DNA from: Methylomonas sp. | GTDB taxonomy: Bacteria > Pseudomonadota > Gammaproteobacteria > Methylococcales > Methylomonadaceae | Direction of reading: 5' to 3' | Length of the DNA stretch: 38,658 nucleotides | NCBI GenBank assembly: GCA_026989715.1 | Contig: JALSIU010000342.1 | Location: forward strand, 1-38,658 | In this document: one piece after another, positions 1 to 10,556 of the stretch | How the letters are laid out: each line of letters starts with the position of its first letter | How positions within the stretch are numbered: the first letter of the stretch is position 1 | Program-made: the position numbers and the translations under genes | Notes under the pieces: model-generated | Databases searched by the model: none | What the model was told of the DNA's origin: nothing | What the model saw: the letters and a program-made list of their open reading frames with translations, nothing else

Positions 1-294
1 AAGTAGCTCCCACGTATAAATGCCACTGCTATGACCATCACTAAAATCGGGGGCAATACCATAGTTACCAATGGGTCTTATTGAATTTATCGTCACATTC
101 TCTTTACCGGTCTGTAATGTTTCTTGGCCCGGTGCATGCCCTAGTGCCTCGGCAGAAGGGGTGTAAACGCGCAAATATTCGCAAGGTAACTGAAATGTTT
201 GGCCATTATCAAAGCTTACTTCTAAGATTCGTGAGGCTTGATGTAACTTTATTTCAGTTAATTGTGTTGTAATTGGATCAGCTTTAATACGCAT
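1..294 (-). CDS. DUF971 / gamma-butyrobetaine hydroxylase-like N-terminal domain protein (runs off the window edge, 3' end missing)
   Basis: Not in the ORF track. Manual translation from ATG at 294 gives MRIKADPITTQLTEIKLHQASRILEVSFDNGQTFQLPCEYLRVYTPSAEALGHAPGQETLQTGKENV...IGNYGIAPDFSDGHSSGIYTWELL, with the EYLRV-x-PSAE, GNY and FSDGHxSGIY motifs. It starts 2 nt after the hslU stop, a usual context for this family. Confidence 0.9.
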   Translation of the reverse strand, partial: MRIKADPITTQLTEIKLHQASRILEVSFDNGQTFQLPCEYLRVYTPSAEALGHAPGQETLQTGKENVTINSIRPIGNYGIAPDFSDGHSSGIYTWELL

Positions 295-296
295 AG

Positions 297-1616
297 TTAT
301 AAAATATAGCGGCTTAAGTCTTCATCTTGAGCCAGTTCAGACAAATATTGGTTAACATAACCGGCATCAACAACAATCTCTTTATCCATTAAATCAGGTG
401 CATCAAAAGAAACGGTCTCTAATAAGCGTTCTAAAATAGTGTGTAAACGACGTGCGCCAATATTTTCGGTTTTCTCATTCACTTCCCAGCCTATTTCAGC
501 AATACGCCGAATGCCGTCTTCCGTAAAACGGATTTGCACACCTTCCGTGGCTAGCAGTGCTTGATATTGTTCGGTGAGTGAGGCTCTAGGCTCGGTTAGA
601 ATGCGCACAAAATCGTCGGTTGACAAAGCATTTAACTCAACACGAATGGGAAAACGCCCTTGTAATTCAGGGATTAAATCCGATGGTTTAGCAATATGAA
701 AAGCACCTGATGCAATAAATAAAATATGATCTGTTTTAATCATGCCATATTTAGTGCTTACGGTACTGCCTTCAACAAGTGGTAATAAATCTCTTTGTAC
801 GCCTTCCCGCGATACATCACCGCCTCCGCTATCAGAGCGTTTGCAAACTTTATCAATCTCATCTAAAAAGACGATACCATGTTGTTCAACGGCTTCAATA
901 GCCGTTAGTTTTAGTTCATCTTCATTCACTAATTTAGCAGCGTGCTCTTCTGTTAAGAGTTTTAATGCTTCTTTAACCGGTAATTTACGCTCTTTGGTTT
1001 TTTGATTGCCAAGGTTTTGAAACATGCCTTGTAATTGGCTGGTCATTTCTTCCATACCGGGCGGTGCTACAATTTCAACACCAATACGTGAGGCTTGTAC
1101 TTCAATTTCAATTTCTTTGTTATCAAAATCACCTTCGCGTAATTTTTTGCGCATTTTTTGGCGAGTGGCTTCTTCCGTGTCGGACAGCATGCCGCCATCT
1201 GCACGAGGTAGCAGAATATCTAAAACTTGTTCTTCTGCTGCATCCATCGCGCGATTTTGCACCACTTGCATTTCTTGCTCGCGTGTCATTTTCACAGCCG
1301 TTTCAACCAAATCACGTATAATGGATTCAACATCACGACCCACATAGCCGACTTCAGTAAACTTGGTCGCTTCAATTTTAATAAAAGGAGCATTAGCTAA
1401 ACGGGCTAAACGGCGCGCGATTTCAGTTTTACCCACCCCGGTAGGGCCAATCATTAAAATATTTTTCGGGGTAATTTCATCGCGAATGGATTCGTCAACT
1501 TGTGCTCGCCGCCAGCGATTACGCAGTGCAATGGCAACGGAGCGTTTGGCACTTGCTTGACCAATAATATGTCGGTCTAGTTCATGGGCAATTTCTTTAG
1601 GAGTCATCTGTGTCAT
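297..1616 (-). CDS. hslU: ATP-dependent protease ATPase subunit HslU
   Basis: [15 protein letters not shown], Walker [27 protein letters not shown]-terminal DLSRYIL. Confidence 0.98.
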   Translation of the reverse strand: MTQMTPKEIAHELDRHIIGQASAKRSVAIALRNRWRRAQVDESIRDEITPKNILMIGPTGVGKTEIARRLARLANAPFIKIEATKFTEVGYVGRDVESIIRDLVETAVKMTREQEMQVVQNRAMDAAEEQVLDILLPRADGGMLSDTEEATRQKMRKKLREGDFDNKEIEIEVQASRIGVEIVAPPGMEEMTSQLQGMFQNLGNQKTKERKLPVKEALKLLTEEHAAKLVNEDELKLTAIEAVEQHGIVFLDEIDKVCKRSDSGGGDVSREGVQRDLLPLVEGSTVSTKYGMIKTDHILFIASGAFHIAKPSDLIPELQGRFPIRVELNALSTDDFVRILTEPRASLTEQYQALLATEGVQIRFTEDGIRRIAEIGWEVNEKTENIGARRLHTILERLLETVSFDAPDLMDKEIVVDAGYVNQYLSELAQDEDLSRYIL

Positions 1617-1625
1617 GGTTGCTTC

Positions 1626-2174
1626 TTAATCCTCTGGTTCTGCGTCTAATTCTTCAATACGTAAATTGTGGTTGGTATAAATACAAATATCAGCGGCGAT
1701 ATTGAGAGATTTTTCCACAATTTCTTTGGCACTCAATTCGGTATTTTCTAATAAGGCCATTGCCGCTGACTGTGCAAAAGGCCCACCTGAGCCAATGGCA
1801 ATTAAGTCATGCTCCGGCTCAATCACATCCCCATTACCTGAAATAATTAATGATGTTTTGCTATCAGCAATACTCAATAAAGCCTCCAGTTTGCGTAATG
1901 CTCGCTCGGTACGCCAATCTTTGGCCATTTCTACGGCTGCGCGGGTCAGGTTACCATGATGTTTTTCCAGCTTGCCCTCAAAATGCTCAAATAATGTAAA
2001 GGCATCGGCCGTTGCGCCTGCAAAGCCTGCAATGATTTTTCCATGATATAAGCGACGCACTTTGCGTGCATTGCCTTTCATAACGGTATTGCCTAATGTC
2101 ACTTGGCCATCACCGCCAATGACGACTTTATCACCACGGCGTACAGAAAGAATTGTTGTTCCTCTAAAGTTCAC
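1626..2174 (-). CDS. hslV: ATP-dependent protease peptidase subunit HslV
   Basis: TTILSVRR N-terminal nucleophile after a short propeptide, [22 protein letters not shown]; adjacent to hslU. Confidence 0.98.
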   Translation of the reverse strand: MNFRGTTILSVRRGDKVVIGGDGQVTLGNTVMKGNARKVRRLYHGKIIAGFAGATADAFTLFEHFEGKLEKHHGNLTRAAVEMAKDWRTERALRKLEALLSIADSKTSLIISGNGDVIEPEHDLIAIGSGGPFAQSAAMALLENTELSAKEIVEKSLNIAADICIYTNHNLRIEELDAEPED

Positions 2175-2270
2175 TTTTACTACCTGTTTATAGAAAATAA
2201 ATTCTTAGCATTTTACATGGTTAATTAGGTGCTTGATAGCCTTTAAATTAGAAAAAAAGCAATAAGCTGA

Positions 2271-2297
2271 TGTTGGGGAAAGAGCCGTGCTATCAAC
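2271..2297 (-). promoter_or_regulatory. Putative sigma32 (RpoH) heat-shock promoter for hslVU
   Basis: Minus strand GTTGAT-N13-CCCCAACA resembles CTTGAA-N13-17-CCCCATNT and lies about 100 nt upstream of hslV, a known RpoH-regulon gene. Confidence 0.55.
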
Positions 2298-2393
2298 GCT
2301 AAAAATAAGTTTTATTTTATTTGCTACCATTAAAAAATATAAAATGATAAGCTTTCTCGTCATTATGAATCATTCATTTTTATGGAGTAGCCT

Positions 2394-2897
2394 GTGCTTA
2401 ATAAAGTAACCTTGATAGGAAATTTGGGTGCTGACCCAGAAGTGCGTTATATGCCTAACGGTGGGGCGGTCACTAATATTAGTTTAGCCACAACGCGTCG
2501 CTGGAAAGACAAACAAACAGGTGAGCGGCGTGATGCAACAGAGTGGCATCGTATTGTATTTTTTAATCGTTTAGCAGAAGTCGCCGGAGAATATTTAAGA
2601 AAAGGTAGTCAGGTTTATGTGGAAGGCCGTTTACAAACTCGAAAATGGCAAGACCAAAGCGGACAAGACAGATACACCACAGAAATTATAGCCTCTGAAA
2701 TGCAAATGTTAGGCAGCCGTACCGGTGGAACTGCGCCTTTAGGTAATCAGGCTTCCGCCACAAATAATGCACCGGCAACAAACACAGCGACACAAAATAC
2801 AGCAGTCTCTACACCACCGGCTGCCCCCGCATCACAGCCAATGCCTGAACAACCGCCCGCTGCTTATGAAGATTTTGATGATGATATTCCGTTTTAG
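2394..2897 (+). CDS. ssb: Single-stranded DNA-binding protein
   Basis: [20 protein letters not shown] fold, TEWHR, C-terminal DFDDDIPF; GGAG RBS before a GTG start. Confidence 0.98.
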   Translation: MLNKVTLIGNLGADPEVRYMPNGGAVTNISLATTRRWKDKQTGERRDATEWHRIVFFNRLAEVAGEYLRKGSQVYVEGRLQTRKWQDQSGQDRYTTEIIASEMQMLGSRTGGTAPLGNQASATNNAPATNTATQNTAVSTPPAAPASQPMPEQPPAAYEDFDDDIPF

Positions 2898-2933
2898 GAG
2901 ACACCTAACACTAATTGTGTAAAAGATATTTAT

Positions 2934-2961
2934 AAGCCTCTATTTATAGGGGCTTTTTTTT
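2934..2961 (+). terminator. Rho-independent terminator after ssb
   Basis: AAGCCTCTA/TAGGGGCTT stem (one G-U pair) followed by a T8 run. Confidence 0.85.
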
Positions 2962-3176
2962 GGGTTAAATGATTTTTTTATTACGTATTGATAAAGTTAA
3001 GGTCACCCATAAAGCTGGGGAGTCATGAGTTCTTTGAATTTGTTGTCGTAAGGTTAAAGTATTTTAATCTTAACTCTGCTTGTATGCGTTCTTCGCATAT
3101 CGCTACCGCTATCGTATTTCTTCCTGTGTTAAAATGATGTTTTAGCCGTCTTTAATCGCCTTTTACGTCAACGCCT

Positions 3177-6100
3177 ATGCAACCCAAATTTATCCATTTA
3201 CGTCTTCATTCGGAATACTCATTGGTAGATGGTATTGTGAAAGTGAAACCGTTGATAAATCAATTGGCTGAATTGAATATGCCGGCAGTTGCGATAACGG
3301 ATCAATCGAATTTATTTGCTTTGGTTAAGTTTTATCGGGCGGCATTGGCTAAGGGGATTAAGCCGATTGCCGGCGCGGATGTGTTTATTGCTAACCCAGA
3401 TGATGCTACGCAACCGTATAGACTGACTCTATTAGTTAAAAATAATACCGGTTATGTCACCTTAACGGAGCTTATTTCTAAAGCGTATCAAGAAGGTCAG
3501 CACTTGGGAATTCCTATGGTGCAGCGTGAGTGGCTAGCGCAAAATAGTGCGGGCTTGATTGCTTTGTCTGGTGGGATGGAAGGTGATATTGGTTTGGCGT
3601 TATTGGCACAAGATACGCGTCCGGCAAAGCAGTTGGCTGAATATTGGCGTGAATTATTTCCGGATAGTTTTTATTTGGAGCTATGCCGTGTGGGTAAACG
3701 CCAGGAAGAGACCTATATTGCCAAGGCGATACAGTTGGCGGCGGAGTTGGATTTGCCGGTGGTGGCGACTAATAATGTACGTTTTTTAGAGGCGGATAAT
3801 TTTGCGGCACATGAGGTGCGGGTGTGTATTAATCAAGGGCGGGTAATTGATGATTCACGCCGACCCAAAGAGTATACCGAGCAGCAATATTTACGTAGTA
3901 CTGAGGAGATGCTGGCGTTATTTGCAGATATTCCTGAGGCTTTGGCGAATACGGTTGAGATTGCGAAGCGTTGCAATATTAGCCTGACCTTGGGCAAGAA
4001 TTTTTTACCGGATTTCCCTGTGCCTGAAGGCATGTCTTTGGATGAATTTTTTATTGAGGAGTCGCGCAAAGGTTTAAATAAACGTTTAGAAAAGTATCCT
4101 GCCATCGGGGATGGTACGCCGGCAGAGAATCGGGTGGCTTATGATGAGCGTTTGCAGATGGAGCTGGATATTATCGTGCAAATGGGTTTTCCCGGTTATT
4201 TTATGATTGTGGCCGATTTTATTCAGTGGGCGAAAGATAATGCGATTCCGGTCGGGCCAGGGCGGGGTTCAGGTGCGGGGTCATTGGTGGCTTATGTTTT
4301 AAATATTACGGATTTAGACCCGATTGAATTTGATTTGTTGTTTGAGCGGTTTTTAAATCCGGAACGGGTGTCTATGCCGGATTTTGATGTCGATTTTTGT
4401 ATGGATCGGCGTGATGAAGTCATTGATTATGTGGCGCAACATTATGGCCGTGAGAAAGTGTCGCAAATTATTACCTATGGTTCGATGGCGGCAAAAGCGG
4501 TTATTCGTGATGTGGGGCGGGTATTGAGTCATCCTTACAGTTTTGTGGATCGGTTATCTAAATTGGTGCCGTTTGAAATTGGGATGACATTGACCAAGGC
4601 ACTTAAGGAGGTGCCTGAGTTTCAAGATTTGTATGATAATGATATTGAGGTGAAAACCTTGATGGATATGGCTTTATCCTTAGAAGGTACGGTGCGTAAT
4701 GCCGGCAAGCATGCCGGTGGTGTGGTGATTGCACCGACTAAACTGACGGATTTTTCTCCCTTGTATTGTGAGCAAGGTGGGGGAAATTTAGTGACTCAGT
4801 TCGATAAGGATGATGTGGAGGCGGTAGGGCTGGTCAAATTTGATTTTTTGGGCTTGCGTACTTTGACCATTATTGATTGGGCGTTGCAAACTATCAATAA
4901 AAAGCAGGCTGAACTCGGGGAACCATTAGTTGATATTACGCAAATTCCGCGTGATGATGCCGCATCCTATGCTTTATTGACCAATGCACAAACGACGGCG
5001 GTGTTTCAGTTAGAATCGCGAGGTATGAAGGAGCTGATTAAGAAGCTCAAGCCGGATTGTTTTGATGATATTATCGCTTTGGTGGCTTTATTTCGCCCAG
5101 GGCCTTTGGAATCAGGGATGGTCGATGATTATATTAATGTAAAACATGGGGCTAAAGCGGAGTATGCGCACCCTGTTTTAATACCGATATTAGAGCCTAC
5201 CAATGGGGTTATTTTATATCAAGAACAAGTGATGCAGATTGCCCGTGAGATGGGGGGCTATACTTTGGGTGGTGCTGATTTATTGCGACGTGCAATGGGT
5301 AAAAAGAAAGTGGAAGAGATGGCGCAACAAAGAGCTATTTTTACCAAAGGCGCAGTGGACGGAGGCATTGACGAAGATATTGCGACTTATGTTTTTGATT
5401 TGATGGAAAAGTTTGCGGGATATGGCTTTAATAAATCACATTCGGCGGCTTATGCTTTGGTGGCTTATCAAACGGCGTGGTTAAAGGCGCATTATCCTGC
5501 GGCGTTTATGGCTGCGGTATTGTCTTCTGATTTAGATAATACCGATAAGATTGTCATTTTGATTGATGAGTGTCAAATCATGAATATAAAGGTCGTTCCA
5601 CCGAATATTAATCTTTCTCATTACCAATTTACGGTAAATGATCAAGATGAGATTGTGTATGGTATTGGGGCGATTAAAGGTGTGGGTGAAGCGGCGATTG
5701 ATGATTTGCTGCAAGAGCGTGACAAAAATGGGGCATTTAAGGGTTTATATGATTTGTGTAAGCGTGTTGATTTACGCAAAGTGAATCGGCGTGTGTTTGA
5801 GGCGTTGATTCGTGCAGGGGCGTTTGATATTTTTAATGAAAATCGAGCCAGTCATCTTGCTGAGTTACCGACGGCCTTAAAGGTGGCTGAGCGGCATATC
5901 AAAATGGCATCTGTTGGCCAGAATGATTTATTTGGCTTGGCAGTTAATGCCGAAGAGAGTGCTGATGAGGTGCAAGATTATGCGCATTATGTTCCGGCTT
6001 GGCCTGAAAAAGAACGCTTGGCATTGGAAAAACTGGCTTTAGGCTTGTTTTTAACCGGGCATCCGATTGATCAGTATCGTGCTGAGTTAGGTCATATTGT

Positions 6101-6674
6101 GAGTAATAGTTTGGCAGGTAATTTGGCCGCCATTGAAAAAAGTCGCGGAAAAATTGATGTGCGTTTAGCCGGCATCTTGGTAGGAATCAGAACCCGTTTA
6201 GATCGCAAAGGGCAGACCATGGCTTTTTTGACTTTAGATGATAAAGGTTCACGTATGGATGTGACGATTTATGCGGAGAAGTTTGAGATTTTTAAGGATA
6301 TTTTGACGGCTGATGAAGTATTGATAGTGGAGGCCACAGCACAGCTTAATGGTTATTCAGGGATGTTGAATATTGTGGCTGATAAAATATTGACCATGGA
6401 GCAAGCACGTGAAGAGTATGCGCGTTGTATGATGTTGGAGTGGAACAGTCTTGTTGTCGAGGCAAACACACAGACATTTATAGCGAGTTTGCAGGAAGTG
6501 ATGCAACCCTTTACCGGGGGGCGTTGTATGTTGGTCATTAATTATCAATCGGCAACCGAGAAAGCCAGTGTGCAATTAGGCGATGCATGGCGTGTGCATC
6601 CCACGGATGAGTTGATATTACGCTTGCAACGCCTTTTGCAACAAGATGATGCCGTTTATGTTAAATACCGATAA
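3177..6674 (+). CDS. dnaE: DNA polymerase III alpha subunit
   Basis: PHP domain FIHLRLHSEYSLVDG, GPGRGSGAGS, ERVSMPDFDVDF, YGFNKSHSAAY; 1165 aa with no intein. Confidence 0.99.
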   Translation: MQPKFIHLRLHSEYSLVDGIVKVKPLINQLAELNMPAVAITDQSNLFALVKFYRAALAKGIKPIAGADVFIANPDDATQPYRLTLLVKNNTGYVTLTELISKAYQEGQHLGIPMVQREWLAQNSAGLIALSGGMEGDIGLALLAQDTRPAKQLAEYWRELFPDSFYLELCRVGKRQEETYIAKAIQLAAELDLPVVATNNVRFLEADNFAAHEVRVCINQGRVIDDSRRPKEYTEQQYLRSTEEMLALFADIPEALANTVEIAKRCNISLTLGKNFLPDFPVPEGMSLDEFFIEESRKGLNKRLEKYPAIGDGTPAENRVAYDERLQMELDIIVQMGFPGYFMIVADFIQWAKDNAIPVGPGRGSGAGSLVAYVLNITDLDPIEFDLLFERFLNPERVSMPDFDVDFCMDRRDEVIDYVAQHYGREKVSQIITYGSMAAKAVIRDVGRVLSHPYSFVDRLSKLVPFEIGMTLTKALKEVPEFQDLYDNDIEVKTLMDMALSLEGTVRNAGKHAGGVVIAPTKLTDFSPLYCEQGGGNLVTQFDKDDVEAVGLVKFDFLGLRTLTIIDWALQTINKKQAELGEPLVDITQIPRDDAASYALLTNAQTTAVFQLESRGMKELIKKLKPDCFDDIIALVALFRPGPLESGMVDDYINVKHGAKAEYAHPVLIPILEPTNGVILYQEQVMQIAREMGGYTLGGADLLRRAMGKKKVEEMAQQRAIFTKGAVDGGIDEDIATYVFDLMEKFAGYGFNKSHSAAYALVAYQTAWLKAHYPAAFMAAVLSSDLDNTDKIVILIDECQIMNIKVVPPNINLSHYQFTVNDQDEIVYGIGAIKGVGEAAIDDLLQERDKNGAFKGLYDLCKRVDLRKVNRRVFEALIRAGAFDIFNENRASHLAELPTALKVAERHIKMASVGQNDLFGLAVNAEESADEVQDYAHYVPAWPEKERLALEKLALGLFLTGHPIDQYRAELGHIVSNSLAGNLAAIEKSRGKIDVRLAGILVGIRTRLDRKGQTMAFLTLDDKGSRMDVTIYAEKFEIFKDILTADEVLIVEATAQLNGYSGMLNIVADKILTMEQAREEYARCMMLEWNSLVVEANTQTFIASLQEVMQPFTGGRCMLVINYQSATEKASVQLGDAWRVHPTDELILRLQRLLQQDDAVYVKYR

Positions 6675-7284
6675 GGCGGCACATCTTGAGGCATGTCCTG
6701 AGTGTGATTTATTGATTGATGCTTCGGAGCAAGTGCGGGAAGGTTATGTGAGTCAGTGCCCGCGTTGCTTAGGGGTGTTGGAGCACCCTTTGCGCTTGTC
6801 GATTAAACATAATTTTATTTGTGTTTTAACCGGTTTAGTTTTTTATTTTCCCGCTATCTTTTTACCGATTTTAAAATTTACCATGTTGGGTAATACTGAG
6901 GCCATGTCGATAGTGGGTTGTGTATTAGCCTTGTTTGCGACGACAAATTATGGGATTGCCGGCATTGTCTTTTTTACTTTAGTGTTAGTACCCTTGGTAA
7001 AAATGATGCTCATTATTTTTGTCACAACCCGTTTATATTATTCTGTTAAAACACCTTTTCTGGCGGTAAGTTTTCGTTGGTATAACAGTTTGAGTCATTG
7101 GGGGATGCTGGATATTTTTTTATTGGGGGTGTTGGTGGCGGCGATTAAATTAGCTAACGATGCTGAGTTAGAGCCGGGCTTGGGCTTATATGCTTTTATT
7201 ATTTTGTTGTTGAGTAGTGCCTTGCAAACTCAATTGTTGAATAAAAAATTACTGTGGAAGTTAATTGAACGCCATGGGCAATAG
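6658..7284 (+). CDS. Paraquat-inducible protein A family membrane protein (LetA/PqiA N-half)
   Basis: CPECD...CPRC zinc ribbon, TM helices, WGMLDIFLLG motif. Likely start is ATG 6658, overlapping the dnaE end (ORF track uses 6646). Confidence 0.88.
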   Translation: MLNTDKAAHLEACPECDLLIDASEQVREGYVSQCPRCLGVLEHPLRLSIKHNFICVLTGLVFYFPAIFLPILKFTMLGNTEAMSIVGCVLALFATTNYGIAGIVFFTLVLVPLVKMMLIIFVTTRLYYSVKTPFLAVSFRWYNSLSHWGMLDIFLLGVLVAAIKLANDAELEPGLGLYAFIILLLSSALQTQLLNKKLLWKLIERHGQ

Positions 7285-7897
7285 ACCGCTTTCTGCTTTG
7301 CAACAAGGGTATTTGTGTTGCCGAAGCTGTCATAAACTTATTCCTAAGGCTGGCCAAGTCATGCGTTGCCCGCGCTGTCGGCGTAAAGTTTATCCTAGGG
7401 TTCCGTATAGTTTGGCGCAAAGCTGGGCTTTGCTGTTAAGTGGCTTTTTTTTGTATATTCCTGCCAATGTTTTACCGATTATGACTTTATATAAAGGGGG
7501 AACGATTCGTACTGATACCATTATGTCGGGGATTATTAATTTGATGCATATCGGGATGACACCGATTGCCATTATTGTCTTTATTGCGAGTATTTTAGTG
7601 CCATTATTGAAGATGTTGGCTTTGGCGATGATTTTGTTGGCGGTGCAATGTAAGAGGCAATGCAATGTTTGTCTGCGTACTAAAATGTATCGGGTGGTGG
7701 AGTTTGTTGGGCGATGGTCTATGCTGGATATTTTTGTGATTAGTATTTTAGTGGGTATTGTTAAGTTTGGCCGAGTTGCTTCGGTCGATGTAGAGCCGGC
7801 CGCATGGTTGTTTGCTTGTGTGGTGATTTTAACCATGTTGGCAGCCATGCGCTTTGATTCTAGGCTTATTTGGGATGAAATTAATGAATACGAGTAA
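7274..7897 (+). CDS. Paraquat-inducible protein A family membrane protein (LetA/PqiA C-half)
   Basis: CRSC...CPRC, YIPANVLPIM, DTIMSGI, GRWSMLDIFV, FDSRLIWD; likely start ATG 7274. Confidence 0.9.
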   Translation: MGNRPLSALQQGYLCCRSCHKLIPKAGQVMRCPRCRRKVYPRVPYSLAQSWALLLSGFFLYIPANVLPIMTLYKGGTIRTDTIMSGIINLMHIGMTPIAIIVFIASILVPLLKMLALAMILLAVQCKRQCNVCLRTKMYRVVEFVGRWSMLDIFVISILVGIVKFGRVASVDVEPAAWLFACVVILTMLAAMRFDSRLIWDEINEYE

Positions 7898-10544
7898 GCC
7901 GATTGTGACCCGAAAAACGTGGCTTTCGGGGATTTGGTTATTGCCTTTAATCTCTGCGTTGTTGGGTGGTTGGGCAATTTATCAAAATATGACGGAAAAA
8001 GGCATAGAAATTACCATTATTTTTGCCGATGCTGCCGGTATTCGGGAAGGTAAAACCTCGATTATTTATAAAGGGGTGCGTATTGGTGTGGTGCAGGAGG
8101 TGTTGATGAGCAATAATCTGCAACAGGTAAAAGTGATTGCCGAAATTCAGCGTACGGCTGCTGAAGGTTTAAGGGAGGGAACCGGGTTTTGGTTGGTTAA
8201 GCCGAAAGTTTCCATTACTGAAATAACGGGTTTAGATACCATTGTATCGGGTAATTATATTCAGATGCACCCTGGTGGCGGTGCGGAAAAACGGGAGTTT
8301 ATTGCACTGAGCAAGCCGCCTGTATTGGATGACACGGAGGGCTTGCATATTGATATTTTTGCCGATCATTTAGGCTCGATAGCGCGGGGGTCTAAGATTT
8401 ATTTTCGTGAAATTCCGGTAGGTGAAGTGCTGGATTATGAGCTGGCAGAAGCGCAAAATGGTGTGATTATTAAAGTGATTATTGAAGCGCGTTATGCACA
8501 TTTGGTGAAAAAGTCGTCGCGTTTTTGGAATGCCAGCGGATTATCCATTAAAGCAGATTTAAGTGGTTTTTCTATGCACACTGAATCTATTGCGGCTTTA
8601 ATTGCCGGTGGAATTGCTTTTTATACGCCGGAAACGGAAATTGGTGAACAAGTGGCGCAAGGAACGCGCTATAAGTTACATAGTGATTTTGATAGTGCCA
8701 AAGTAGGGATTGCGGCCAAAATAACATTTGAATCTGCTATTGGCTTGGAAGAAGGGGTCACAGAAGTTAAATATGATGCGTTTAAGATTGGGATCGTTAA
8801 AAAATTACGTTATAAGAAAACGGGTAAAAATGTGGTTGCTGATGTGGTGTTTGACCCCAGAGCAGAAGAGTTATTAAAAACGGGCACGAAGTTTTGGTTA
8901 GATAAGCCTAAATTTTCTTTAACTGATTTTTCTGGGTTAAAGTCAATCTTGCAAGGTAGGCATATTCGGATGCAAGCTGGGTTGGGCGAGTCTGCTCGGG
9001 AATTTACCGCTTTAAATAAACCTCCTTTAATGTCGTTAGGTGATAAGGGAGTCCATTTAGTTTTAAAGGCAGAAACCTTAGGTTCACTGGAATATGCCAG
9101 CCCTGTTTTGTATAAAAACATTCAAGTTGGGCAGGTGCATGATTTTAAACTCGATGCACAAGGCAAGCATGTTTTAATTGATATTTACATTACCGAGCGT
9201 TACGCACATTTGGTGGCAGCTAATTCACGCTTTTGGAATACCAGTGGCGTGCAAGTGTCTTTAGGAACGGCCGGTATGGAGATTAAAACAGGTTCGATGG
9301 GTGCTATTTTAAATGGGGGCATCGCCTTTATTACGCCGGCACAGAATAAAAAGAAAGTACGCGCAGGGGCTATGTATCCGTTGTATGAAAATTATTTGGC
9401 AGCAACGGAGGAGGGTTTATTGTCGTATCATCCAGAGAGCGATACGACTGTGCTTCGCTTGATAAGTGATGAATTGGGGTCAATAGGGATTCATTCTCAG
9501 GTCTATTATAAAAAAATCCCTGTGGGTAAGGTGGTGCATTATCATTTAAGTCCTGTTGATGACAAAATCGTCATTATCGTAGCGATAAAAAATAAATATG
9601 CGCACTTATTGTCTGCGGCTACACGATTTTGGCGGCATAGCGGGGTGCAGATTAAAGCGGGTTTGTCGGGGGTGGATGTGAATATGGCTTCGGTACATTC
9701 ACTTTTAAATGGAGGCATCAGCTTTGCAAATCTGCCGGCAACAGAATTGACTCAGCAGGCTATGCCTGAGCATTACACCTTATATGCAAGCAATGAACAA
9801 GCATTACAGACAGCACAGGAAATTCATATAAAATTTGAACTGGCGGAAGGAATGACGGCCGGTACTGCGATTAAGTATTTAGGGATTCAAGTGGGAGAAG
9901 TAACGGCGGTGCGCTTAGCGGATGATAATCAATCGATTGTTGCCACCGCAAAATTAATAGGCAGTGCGGCTGATTTTGCGCGTCAAGGCACTCAATTTTG
10001 GCTGGTTAGTGCGCAATTGGGCTTATTTAAAAATAAACACCTAGGTACCTTGTTGGGTGGTAATTATTTGGAAATCGCGCCGGGGAGTGGTGCCAAGCAA
10101 ACCGTTTTTACAGGACGGCTTAATTTGCCTGAGATTAAGCAAGGTAAATATATCGTTTTAAAATCAGCACGTTTAGGGTCTGTGCAGGTAGGTAACCCGG
10201 TTTTGTATCGACAAGTACCGGTCGGTGAGGTGCGCCGTTTTCAATTGTCTGATAATGCCAAATATGTGTTGATTGATATTTATATCGCGCCTGAGTATGC
10301 GAACCTGGTGCGGGCGAATACTAAATTTTGGAATGCCAGTGGAGTTAATGTGGATTTTGGATTATTTTCCGGTGCACAACTTCGTACTGAGTCGATGGAA
10401 AGCATTGTATTAGGTGGCATTGCGCTGGCAACACCGGAGGATACTGCTGAGATTGTCCATAATGGACATGTATTTGATTTGCATGCCGAGGTAGAGCCTG
10501 AGTGGTTGGCATGGGAGCCTGATATTCAGGTAGGGCGAGAGTAA
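7884..10544 (+). CDS. letB: LetB (YebT)-type MCE tunnel protein with 7 MCE domains
   Basis: N-terminal TM (IWLLPLIS). Seven repeats of G-x-x-x-G-x-x-(V/I)-x-Y-x-x-(I/V)-x-(V/I)-G-x-V with FW motifs. Likely start ATG 7884. Confidence 0.88.
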   Translation: MNTSKPIVTRKTWLSGIWLLPLISALLGGWAIYQNMTEKGIEITIIFADAAGIREGKTSIIYKGVRIGVVQEVLMSNNLQQVKVIAEIQRTAAEGLREGTGFWLVKPKVSITEITGLDTIVSGNYIQMHPGGGAEKREFIALSKPPVLDDTEGLHIDIFADHLGSIARGSKIYFREIPVGEVLDYELAEAQNGVIIKVIIEARYAHLVKKSSRFWNASGLSIKADLSGFSMHTESIAALIAGGIAFYTPETEIGEQVAQGTRYKLHSDFDSAKVGIAAKITFESAIGLEEGVTEVKYDAFKIGIVKKLRYKKTGKNVVADVVFDPRAEELLKTGTKFWLDKPKFSLTDFSGLKSILQGRHIRMQAGLGESAREFTALNKPPLMSLGDKGVHLVLKAETLGSLEYASPVLYKNIQVGQVHDFKLDAQGKHVLIDIYITERYAHLVAANSRFWNTSGVQVSLGTAGMEIKTGSMGAILNGGIAFITPAQNKKKVRAGAMYPLYENYLAATEEGLLSYHPESDTTVLRLISDELGSIGIHSQVYYKKIPVGKVVHYHLSPVDDKIVIIVAIKNKYAHLLSAATRFWRHSGVQIKAGLSGVDVNMASVHSLLNGGISFANLPATELTQQAMPEHYTLYASNEQALQTAQEIHIKFELAEGMTAGTAIKYLGIQVGEVTAVRLADDNQSIVATAKLIGSAADFARQGTQFWLVSAQLGLFKNKHLGTLLGGNYLEIAPGSGAKQTVFTGRLNLPEIKQGKYIVLKSARLGSVQVGNPVLYRQVPVGEVRRFQLSDNAKYVLIDIYIAPEYANLVRANTKFWNASGVNVDFGLFSGAQLRTESMESIVLGGIALATPEDTAEIVHNGHVFDLHAEVEPEWLAWEPDIQVGRE

Positions 10545-10556
10545 GGGGGAGGTTTT

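Noticed and set aside
81-272. 63-aa plus-strand ORF from the track
   Set aside because: It is the shadow of the minus-strand DUF971 gene (1-294), which has clear family motifs.
2233-2296. 8-bp inverted repeat TTGATAGC...GCTATCAA between hslV and ssb
   Set aside because: The 48-nt spacer does not fit CIRCE or a LexA box, and the arms are short enough to be chance.
2730-2870. Ala/Thr/Pro/Asn quasi-repeats in SSB
   Set aside because: This is the ordinary variable disordered SSB linker, not a DNA tandem repeat.
3177-6674. Possible intein or split in dnaE
   Set aside because: Length is normal and motifs are continuous, with no intein signatures.
7390-7977. 195-aa antisense ORF and the other antisense/nested ORFs in hslU, dnaE, recQ, leuA, cheA and the MCPs
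   Set aside because: They lie opposite or inside well-supported genes and show no recognisable motifs.
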